Below, piece after piece: positions 17,294-26,000 of a DNA stretch of 29,619 nucleotides. Below the pieces are notes generated by a model. It searched no databases. It was not told where the DNA came from and saw only the letters and a list, made by a program, of their open reading frames with translations. Each line of letters starts with the position of its first letter. Position 1 is the first letter of the stretch. This DNA comes from an uncultured Calditrichota bacterium. Lineage in GTDB: Bacteria > Calditrichota > Calditrichia > JAJRVZ01. Position numbers and translations under genes: made by a program. The stretch spans positions 1 to 29,619 of the forward strand of contig CAYSHN010000001.1 in NCBI GenBank assembly GCA_964430815.1. Direction: 5' to 3'.

Positions 17294-17698
17294 GTGAAAA
17301 AACTGCCACAAGATCCGACAAAAGAGTTACAAAAATTCTCGGTAGGCCTGTCGATAATTTTAATGTTGATTGCCCTGGCCCAGTATTTTTGGGGTGGTAA
17401 ATTATATTTATATTTTCTGCTGGCTGGTCTGCTGATCCTAGCGATTGGTTTAATTTTCCCAGCCTGGATAAAACCGTTACTGTGGCTCATGACCCGGGTT
17501 GGCAATTTGATGAACTGGGTCATAACCAATTTGATCCTGGCCCTGTTATTCTATTTGGTTTTTACCCTGGTTGCCCTGATTTGGCGCTTGATCGGACATC
17601 GTCCTCTGGATGTACGCTTTCCCGCCGTACAAAGAAGTTATTGGCGGAAACGGACAGACGGAGAAATTTCTCCGCAGCAGTTTGAGAAGCAGTATTAA
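17294..17698 (+). CDS. SxtJ-family membrane protein
   Basis: Starts 3 nt after the carbamoyltransferase stop. Pattern KELQKFSV...LKPL..LM...GNLMNWV...LILALLFYLVFT....WRLIGHRPL....SYW.KR....QQFEKQY. Confidence 0.85.
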   Translation: MKKLPQDPTKELQKFSVGLSIILMLIALAQYFWGGKLYLYFLLAGLLILAIGLIFPAWIKPLLWLMTRVGNLMNWVITNLILALLFYLVFTLVALIWRLIGHRPLDVRFPAVQRSYWRKRTDGEISPQQFEKQY

Positions 17699-17701
17699 GT
17701 A

Positions 17702-17932
17702 AAGTACCTTAGTCCCTTAGTCCCTAAGAAAAGATTAAAGATTTAAAAATTCATGGGGTGATGATGACGTAGGCATCAAATGTTTGTTACAATCAAGAAC
17801 ATACCAACTAAAAATACGACCCTGGTGGGTCGAATAAGTCCAACAAGAAACAATATCATGGTACACAGAGTATAAAAGGCAAATTGGTACAAAGTCACTT
17901 AGGGACTCAGGTACTAAGGGACTCAGGGACTA
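17702..17932. repeat. Mirror-image tandem octamer arrays (TAGTCCCT / AGGGACTC-A) with a central REP-like hairpin
   Basis: 17702-17725 reads AAGTACCT TAGTCCCT TAGTCCCT. 17901-17932 reads AGGGACTC AGGTACTA AGGGACTC AGGGACTA. The hairpin CGACCC-TGGT-GGGTCG lies at 17817-17832. Confidence 0.7.
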
Positions 17933-18088
17933 AAAGATTGCATATATAAACGGTGCCAGCGCTGAGCCCTGCGAGAGAATAATCAAAGCACTCAGTAATA
18001 GTAGAAGCAAAATGATAGGGGCCAGCCACCATTTTTTCCTGACCTTTATAAAATCCCAAAATTCGCCGACGATTGCTAATTTTCCCAT
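17930..18088 (-). CDS. DUF5989-family (SxtK-like) small membrane protein, 52 aa
   Basis: MGKLAIVGEFWDFIKVRKKWWLAPIILLLLLLSALIILSQGSALAPFIYAIF* carries the RKKWWL.P...S.LAPFIY.IF signature. AAGGA SD precedes ATG 18088. Confidence 0.88.
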   Translation of the reverse strand: MGKLAIVGEFWDFIKVRKKWWLAPIILLLLLLSALIILSQGSALAPFIYAIF

Positions 18089-18281
18089 TAATTTCCTTCT
18101 ACTATAAATCCACAAGACGACAATTTGGTACTTATTTTTCAATAAGTTTTCATGAGTGCATCAAGAACCTGATTTATAAAGATAAATAAAAAACAGGCAG
18201 GAAAAAAGATAATAAAATTTTGATTTATACAGGTTGCCAGATTATAAAGCATAAGAAAATCAGCGAGGATAATTTTTTTTC

Positions 18282-18320
18282 TTGACATATTTCATGAATA
18301 GTGTTAATGTGAGTCACTAT
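18282..18320 (+). promoter_or_regulatory. Candidate sigma70 promoter of the TonB/PorV locus with an overlapping palindrome
   Basis: TTGACA (18282-18287), a 17-nt spacer, then TAATGT (18305-18310) with an extended -10 TG. ATAGTG-N11-CACTAT (18298-18320) overlaps the -10 and start region. Confidence 0.5.
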
Positions 18321-18569
18321 AAATAGAGTTACTACTCATAATGTTAAAATGTAAGTCTCTATTTTTTCTACTGACGGCTAGATTCTTTCCTAGTCTGATC
18401 CCCGGGATCAAGGTCTATACTATATCCCAGTACGGCTATCAGCTATATCCAGGCCTAGTACCGGATGCTGCCAGCAGGCAGAAAGAACTGCAGTATTACA
18501 GCAGTACTGATCCGGTGATTTCAACTTATTGTACTATTCATAATAGTTAATAATTGTTACCGAAAAGGT

Positions 18570-20270
18570 ATGCGTTTTCTATCTGGTGAAATGAAATCAT
18601 CGAAATACTTTCTGTTAATCTGCTTATTGAGTCTGTTTAGTCAGTGCAGTCAGGTTGACTATAAAAATGATCCTGCTGTTTTAGCTCTGGTTGACCAGCA
18701 AACCATAACTCGTGAACAATATATCACCCGCTATCAGGATGTCATTCGCCGGACAGGATTGACAGATAATATGGAAGCCAGGCAACAAATATTGAATGGT
18801 CTGATTAATGAATATCTGTTAATCAGGGAAGCTTATTCCCGGGAACTGGATGCCGGTTCTGCTGGTCAGCAGGAGTATGAAAGGATAAAAATTCAGGAAT
18901 TATTAAATTCCTTTAATCGAGAATTCATCCAATCCAAAATAACGGTTAATAGTGACGAGTTGAAAAAACTTTATACGGATATGAATACAAAAGTTTTAGC
19001 CCGTCATCTCTATGCCCCCACCAAACAAAAAGCCGATTCACTGTATAACTTATTACAGAGGGGAATACCCTTCGAAAGACTAGCTGCTGAAAATTTTAAT
19101 GATCCTGTTTTACGTGAATCGGGTGGCTCCCTGGGCTATTTCTCGGTAGATGAGATGGACCCTGCTTTTGAAGAAGCAGCATTTGCCCTGGGCGTAGGTG
19201 AAACATCAAAACCAGTACGAACAAGTGATGGCTATAGCATTATAAGATTGGATAACCGCTGGACCAAACCGATTATCACTGAGACAGAATATGCTCAAAA
19301 ACGACCACAACTGGAAAAATACTGGATTAACCGCAAGACGGTACGAGCCACCCAACGGTATACCGACTCTCTGCGCCAGACGTTGAACATTTCGTTTAAT
19401 GAACCTTTAATTCAGGAATTATTCCGGTTGTCACAGGAAAAACAGAAACAGGGTATGATCGAACAGAATCAATTAATGTTTTCAGAAGCAGACCAAATGA
19501 AAAATCAGATCGTTCTCTCCAGTGCAGCAGGAGACTGGGATATCCAGATGTTAAAGGATCAAGCCAGATTTACTTCACCGGCACAGCAAAGCTGGATTCG
19601 TGACCCGGAGAATTTAAAAGATTTTATTGCAGGGCTAGTTGTCCGGTCGTATATTTTAAAACAGGCCCGGGAAGCAGGTTTGAATGAAACTGCTGACTAT
19701 AAAAAACGGGTAGCTGAGGAGTTTGACAATTATCTCCTGGAATCTATGGAAAATCATATTATTCAGGACATGGAAATTCCTCAAGATTCACTTCTTAATT
19801 ACTATAATGACGATCCACAACGTTTTGCAATCCCTGCCAAAGTATATCTGCGTGAAATTGTATTAAATGATAAAAGGGATATAAGTCTGATTTCAGGCAA
19901 ACTGGAACAGGGATCTGATTTTGCTGATCTAGCTAGGCAATATTCAGTTCGCCGGCGAAGCGGCGTTGACGGGGGAGCTCTTGGTTATTTGACCCCCGAA
20001 GATCTGGGGTCCTGGTCTGCTCAGATATTTACTCTTCAACCAAATGAATGGCGCGGTCCTTTCCAGTCTGATTCCTTGTATATTTTTTTACAATGCGTTG
20101 AAAAAAAGCCGGTTCAACCACGTACGTTTGAAGCCGCCAGGGAAGATGTAGGAAAAACGCTCCGGAGTCTATGGCAAGAAAGAGAGCGAAATAGGATAAT
20201 AGCCGAGATCCGCTCCAGAGTAAAAGTGGTAACCTATTCGGATAAATTAAAAAACATTCGGATTAACTAA
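18570..20270 (+). CDS. Peptidyl-prolyl isomerase/foldase with two parvulin (rotamase) domains, probable lipoprotein
   Basis: Lipobox-like FSQC. Rotamase 1: RHL...FERLA..NF.D...SGGSLGYF..DEMDPAFEEAAFAL.VGETSKPVRTSDGYSII. Rotamase 2: LREIV...DFADLARQYS...DGGALGY. The start may be ATG 18591. Confidence 0.88.
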   Translation: MRFLSGEMKSSKYFLLICLLSLFSQCSQVDYKNDPAVLALVDQQTITREQYITRYQDVIRRTGLTDNMEARQQILNGLINEYLLIREAYSRELDAGSAGQQEYERIKIQELLNSFNREFIQSKITVNSDELKKLYTDMNTKVLARHLYAPTKQKADSLYNLLQRGIPFERLAAENFNDPVLRESGGSLGYFSVDEMDPAFEEAAFALGVGETSKPVRTSDGYSIIRLDNRWTKPIITETEYAQKRPQLEKYWINRKTVRATQRYTDSLRQTLNISFNEPLIQELFRLSQEKQKQGMIEQNQLMFSEADQMKNQIVLSSAAGDWDIQMLKDQARFTSPAQQSWIRDPENLKDFIAGLVVRSYILKQAREAGLNETADYKKRVAEEFDNYLLESMENHIIQDMEIPQDSLLNYYNDDPQRFAIPAKVYLREIVLNDKRDISLISGKLEQGSDFADLARQYSVRRRSGVDGGALGYLTPEDLGSWSAQIFTLQPNEWRGPFQSDSLYIFLQCVEKKPVQPRTFEAAREDVGKTLRSLWQERERNRIIAEIRSRVKVVTYSDKLKNIRIN

Positions 20271-20291
20271 AGCTTAAAAAGGTAAATTCAC

Positions 20292-23063
20292 ATGAAGAAA
20301 ACTAACAGTTTATTTTCATTCATCATCTTATTAGGGCTTGGACTCCCATTAGGTCTGTTGGCACAGAATAGCGGTAAAATAGCCGGAACTGTGACAGATG
20401 CCCAGACAAATGAAATCCTGATCGGTGCTAATGTGGTTATAGAAGGAACCATGTTAGGTTCCGCTACTGACCTGGAGGGAAATTATTTTATACTTCGTAT
20501 CCCCCCCGGCAAGTATAATGTTAGTGTAGCCTACATCGGCTATCAAAAACTTGTCTATCATGATGTACAGGTTATGACGGATTTAACAACCCGCCTGGAT
20601 TTTAAAATCAAACCGGAAACACTCAGTGCTGAGGAAATCGTCGTTGTCGCTGAAGCGCCGGTGATCCGTAAGGATCTCACGTCTTCTGAAGCCAGGGTTC
20701 AGTTTGAGGAAATAGAAAGAATGCCGGTCCAGGAGTTGAGCGATTTATTGGATATGCAGGCTGGTATCGTGCGGGATGCAGGAGGGGGTATCCATATTCG
20801 TGGGGGACGTACCACCGAAGTATCCTATATGGTAAATGGCATCAGTATAACCGACGATTTTTACCGGACCCAATCACTACAAGTGGAGAATGAATCAATA
20901 CAGGAATTGCAGGTAATCAGCGGAACCTTTAATGCTGAATATGGAAATGCCATGAGCGGTATCGTAAACGTGGTGACCAAAACCGGTGGAAATGAATTGT
21001 CCGCGGATCTGGAAGTATGGGCCGGTGATTATTTAAGCAGCCGCAATGATATTTTTTGGAATATCGACAATTTCAATGTGACCGATATTTATAATATTCA
21101 GGGAAGTGTCAGTGGTCCCCTTATACCCAATAAACTCTCCCTCTATGCCACAGCCCGCCGCTGGTATACCGATGGCTGGCTTTATGGCATCAATTACTAT
21201 TTACCGCAGGGCAGAAGCCGGGTGGTTAACGGGGATACGGTGAGTGCGCTCGGGGATGGCAGTGCGGTAGCGATGAATTTCAGGGACCGCTGGAGCGGTC
21301 AGGCCACCCTGGAATGGCAAATTGCTACACCATTCAAATTCAGGATTGATGCCCTGGGCAGTTACGAAGAAAGACGGAATTATAACCATTTTTATAAATG
21401 GAATCCTAATGGTGATAAAGGTGATGTAGAAAACGGTTACAGTGTCATCTCCAATGTCATCCACCAGCTGGGAGTAAATACTTTTCATGAAATTACGCTG
21501 GCCTATAAATATAACGATCTCGTCTCCAAATTATATGATAACTATAATGATTCCCGCTATGTACATCCTGATTCTGCGAATACCGGAGCGCAACAATTTG
21601 CTAAAGCCGGCACCAATCTGGGTTACTTTGACCGCAGCAGTGAAAGCCGCATAGCCAAGTATGCTCTGACCAGCCAGCTGACCAAACGGCATCAGGTCAA
21701 AACAGGTCTGGAGATACAATCGGACAAGGTTTATTATAATGATATTACTCTGGTTCCGGCAGAAGATGAATTAGGCCAGCAAATTGAACCTTTCGTACCC
21801 TATATTACTGATATTACAACTTCCACTCATAATGAATTTACCCGTAAACCATTCAAATTTTCAGCATATATCCAGGATAAAATTGAATATGAAAGTTTAA
21901 TCATCAACATTGGAATGCGTTATGATTATTTCGATGCCAACGGTAAAATTCCTAAAGATCCGGAAGATCCGAATATCTATAATCCCTCCAAGTTGAATAA
22001 TATTTACCGCGATACCAACGGTGATGGTGTGATCGATTTATCCGAACGAACAGTTGAAAACGAATTAACGGTTGAAGAAAGAGAAGCATTCTGGTATAAT
22101 GAAACTTCGGTTAAAACGCAGTTAAGCCCCCGTCTGGGCGTAGCCTATCCGATAACCGAGCAAGGGGTTATTCACTTCTCCTACGGCATCTTCCAGCAGA
22201 TTCCTGAATATTACCGTTTGTATATATCCGATCAAATCAAGATCTCGAAATCGGCGGGAGTTTATGGTCCTTACGGTAATCCCGATTTGAAGCCGGAACG
22301 TACCACCATGTACGAACTCGGTCTGCAGCAACAGTTCAGCACTGATTTAGCTATTGATGTTACCGGTTTTTATCGTGATATCAGAAACTGGATCTCGACC
22401 AGTGCTCAGATTCCGACTAACCTGAGTGGTGTCTCTTATGTGATATTCAACAATCGGGATTTTGCTAATGTGCGGGGAATTACCCTGTCGGTTGATAAGA
22501 AATTTTCTCAAAATTATTCCTTTACAGTTGACTACACCTACCAAATGGCTGAAGGAACTAATTCAAATCCCGAACAGGAATTTAACTCCCAGCAGGGAGG
22601 TGCCGAACCGACCAAGATTCTGACCCCGCTGGATTGGGATCAGCGACACTCGATAAATGCAAATCTTTTCATAGGCAGTGGCAGCTGGGGTGGCAGTTTG
22701 ATCGGTCGTTTCAATAGCGGTCAGCCTTATACGCCTTCGTCGGTTACCGCCACCAGAACCGGACAAAGTATCCTGGCTGGATTGCCCGATAACAGTAGAA
22801 GTAAACCGGATCTATTTACGCTTGATTTTACAGCCTATAAGAATTTTATTTACAAAGATTTCAATTTTCAGATTTTTTTGAAAATATTTAATTTACTGGA
22901 TGCAGCTAATCCGTTGTCCGTTTATACGGATACCGGCCGGGCGGATTATACCTTGTTGTTATTAACCCAGGCCGCACAGGCGGACAATACCTGGTTTGTA
23001 AATCCCGGTTATTATTCCGAACCGAGACGAATTCAAATTGGCACGAAAATAAGTTTTAGATAA
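20292..23063 (+). CDS. TonB-dependent receptor (carboxypeptidase-regulatory-like N-domain, plug, barrel)
   Basis: Signal peptide; GKIAGTVTDAQTNEILIGANVVIEGT...ATDLEGNYFILRIPPGKY; plug HIRGGRTTEVSYMVNGI...GTFNAEYGNAMSGIVNVVTKTG; LKPERTTMYELG; ends PRRIQIGTKISFR*. Confidence 0.93.
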   Translation: MKKTNSLFSFIILLGLGLPLGLLAQNSGKIAGTVTDAQTNEILIGANVVIEGTMLGSATDLEGNYFILRIPPGKYNVSVAYIGYQKLVYHDVQVMTDLTTRLDFKIKPETLSAEEIVVVAEAPVIRKDLTSSEARVQFEEIERMPVQELSDLLDMQAGIVRDAGGGIHIRGGRTTEVSYMVNGISITDDFYRTQSLQVENESIQELQVISGTFNAEYGNAMSGIVNVVTKTGGNELSADLEVWAGDYLSSRNDIFWNIDNFNVTDIYNIQGSVSGPLIPNKLSLYATARRWYTDGWLYGINYYLPQGRSRVVNGDTVSALGDGSAVAMNFRDRWSGQATLEWQIATPFKFRIDALGSYEERRNYNHFYKWNPNGDKGDVENGYSVISNVIHQLGVNTFHEITLAYKYNDLVSKLYDNYNDSRYVHPDSANTGAQQFAKAGTNLGYFDRSSESRIAKYALTSQLTKRHQVKTGLEIQSDKVYYNDITLVPAEDELGQQIEPFVPYITDITTSTHNEFTRKPFKFSAYIQDKIEYESLIINIGMRYDYFDANGKIPKDPEDPNIYNPSKLNNIYRDTNGDGVIDLSERTVENELTVEEREAFWYNETSVKTQLSPRLGVAYPITEQGVIHFSYGIFQQIPEYYRLYISDQIKISKSAGVYGPYGNPDLKPERTTMYELGLQQQFSTDLAIDVTGFYRDIRNWISTSAQIPTNLSGVSYVIFNNRDFANVRGITLSVDKKFSQNYSFTVDYTYQMAEGTNSNPEQEFNSQQGGAEPTKILTPLDWDQRHSINANLFIGSGSWGGSLIGRFNSGQPYTPSSVTATRTGQSILAGLPDNSRSKPDLFTLDFTAYKNFIYKDFNFQIFLKIFNLLDAANPLSVYTDTGRADYTLLLLTQAAQADNTWFVNPGYYSEPRRIQIGTKISFR

Positions 23064-23082
23064 TTAAAGCAGGTAGATACTT

Positions 23083-26000
23083 ATGAATCTAAGCAAAATA
23101 CTAAACAGGTTAATTAGACCAGCTTTCAGGTTTTGGATCCTGAGTTTGGTGTTCTATGTAATCACCCTGGCACCCGTTCAGGTTCAGGGTTATGTTCCTT
23201 CCGATAACCGGGCCGATGCAAACTATCGAAGACATTCTAACCTTGATGGGAATAATGTACGGGTTACCGTGCACAATTTTGGTCTGAATGGCTGGGAAAG
23301 CAAAGAACCTGATTTATGGGGATTTGAATGGCCTAAAAATACCAAACGGGAATATATCGTATTTGTATCGATATGGTTGGGTGGTGAAGTGACCAACGAT
23401 CTGGGCGAAACGGTGAATATTGTGGATATTTCGACATCCCGCAGCAGTCCCACTGGTAATCCGTACAGTTTATTACCGGTTCCCGGTTTTCTTAATCCTG
23501 ACCATCCTAACAAGGAATTAGCCCGAAGTGATGATCTGACCAGCTGGCCGCGGGCAGCCGATGGCGGTTGGAAGGATAAAATGGATGATACAAACGATCC
23601 TGGTTGGATCGGTTCCTGGAATGGTTTTTTTGGTAAAAATGTATATAATGCCGATTTGGAGATGTATTATCGCTGTGGCGATGATTTGTATAACCGGGGA
23701 AATTATATCCCCGATACAACCGATCGAACTCGCGGTGGCCTGGGACTGCTGATGGATGAAAGAGCCTTTGCCTGGACTCAGATCCTGATCAACGACGTGG
23801 TCTTTTTTATCAATGATATTAAAAATGATGCCACCAAGCGGATTGGCAGAACAGTATTTACCATCTGGCTGGCTGATCTGGTCGGCGGCGATTCCAATGA
23901 TGATGAACCATACGTAGACCTGCAAACCAATATAGCCTTTTTAACCGATCATGACCGTGTTGGAACCGATCCCTGGGCAGGAACGACGGTTGGACTGGGA
24001 TCAGTCAAATACATTGAAACACCTGGAAATCAGGTGAATGGTATTGATGACGACGGTGATGCTGACGCTGAAGAAAATGCTAATCTGCTGACCAGAATAG
24101 ATGGTGATCCGGCAGTGCGGATACCTCTATTCACCAGTGATGATTTTAGTTCACGAAGTTTATCAGCCGGTGATAAGATCGTGCTGATTGATTCAAGCAC
24201 TTTTGAAAGACAGATCATTGAATATCCAGCAGGAGGCGGGCTCGTAAAAACATTGGGTCGGATGGTAGAACTGCCGGTGGACGGAATCACGCTTACGGAG
24301 GATACTCTTTTTAATTCTATTGATGACGACCTGGACGGCTTAATTGATGAACGAATATCACTACATTTGCAACGATTCAATGATATTACCGGGTCAATTG
24401 TACCGGTGCGCTATATCAATTATCTGTCATTTAATGTTGGTGATACCATTAAACGTGGGTTCGTGGTAGCGGGAAAAGGTGCAGTTCAGAATTATCAGAA
24501 TGTTGCACCGATGATCGATGAATCGCGTGATGACGCTTTTGATAATGATAATGATTGGGATCCGTTTCAGGACGACCTGGGTTTGGATGGAGCAGAAAAT
24601 ACCGGTGACCAGGGGGAAGGTGATGGTGTACCCTCCAGTGGTACTGGTACTGAACGCCCGGGAGAGCCGAGTATTGATAAAACTGATGTCAGTGAAACAG
24701 ATCTGATCGGTATAACCGGTGCCCTGCAATTCCCAGCCTTCAGTTTAAATTTTTCTACAATGAAAGACAGGGTCATAATGCTTAATTACATGCGACCGGG
24801 CTATTTCAGTCTGCCGCGCAGAACCGGAGAGTACGATTTGTGTGTATCTTCCGGATATTTCCCGCTGGATCCGGGTGAAAGGCAAAGGATGGCTGTTTCT
24901 GTGGCCATGGCCGGTGGCGGTGTAACTAAAAACGATGATATCCAAAGTGCTATTAAAAAGCAGAAACAGGCACGTATTGCTTATGAATCCGATTATCGCT
25001 TTGCCCAGGCTCCGCTCCAGGTAACGCTTACTGCTGTTCCGGGGGATGGAAAGGTCACTTTATACTGGGATGATGTTGCCGAATCATCTGTCGACAATTT
25101 TATTAAACGCCTGGATTATCCCAATGCCGCTGAAATGTCTCGCGATTTTGAAGGATACCGGGTTTATCGCTCGACCGATGCGGCCATGCTGGATCCAATG
25201 GTAATTACCGATGGCAAAGGTAATAAATTGATGCGGGTACCAATTGCTCAATTTGATCTGAAAGATGGGTTAACAGAGTACCATCCCATTGATATTTATG
25301 GGATAAAATACTGGCTTGGTGACGATTCAGGTCTTCAACACAGTTATGTAGATTCCGGACTCACCAATGGACAGCGTTATTTTTATGCTGTTACCGCATA
25401 TGACCGTGGTTTTACTGACGCTGAAATTGCACCGACTGAAACACCCATCCGGATTGATGTGGACACCCAGGGCAATATTGTTACCGGGGTTAATGTGGCA
25501 GTGGTTCGTCCCCGTGCGCCAGTGGCGGGATATCTACCGGCAGAAGTCGACAGTTTCATTCATGTCAGCGGTTCTTCCACGGGGCAGATCGGGATCAAGA
25601 TTATCGATCCGCGCTGGATCAAACAGGGTCATGAATATCAATTGATCTTTGAAGATACGCTGATCCGCGGAACAGTTCTGGATGTGCTAACCACGAAAAA
25701 CTTTACGCTAACGGATCTTACCGTCGATAGTGTAATGATAGATAAAAGTACCAATTTGGCAGCTGACTACGAACAACCGATACTCGATGGATACCGCTTA
25801 ATATTTACTAATGAAGATAAAGTAATGACCGATCCGGAAAAGGCAAAGTGGTCAGATCCTAACATTTTTGAATTCCAATTTAGTCCGGTTCAATTTCTCA
25901 ATATAAAAGGAGTACAAAATCCCTTTGATTACGTGGTAGTTTTTGGAGATGTTGGCATGTCAACTTCCAAAGATACCTCGATAAGTTTCTCTCATATGCC

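Noticed and set aside
15470-18088. Saxitoxin biosynthetic cluster
   Set aside because: Only sxtI/J/K-like genes are present. There is no sxtA, sxtG, sxtB or other core gene, and this trio is widespread outside toxin producers.
18341-18550. 69-aa ORF as a leader peptide
   Set aside because: No convincing SD, no recognisable motif and no residue-run signature of an attenuator.
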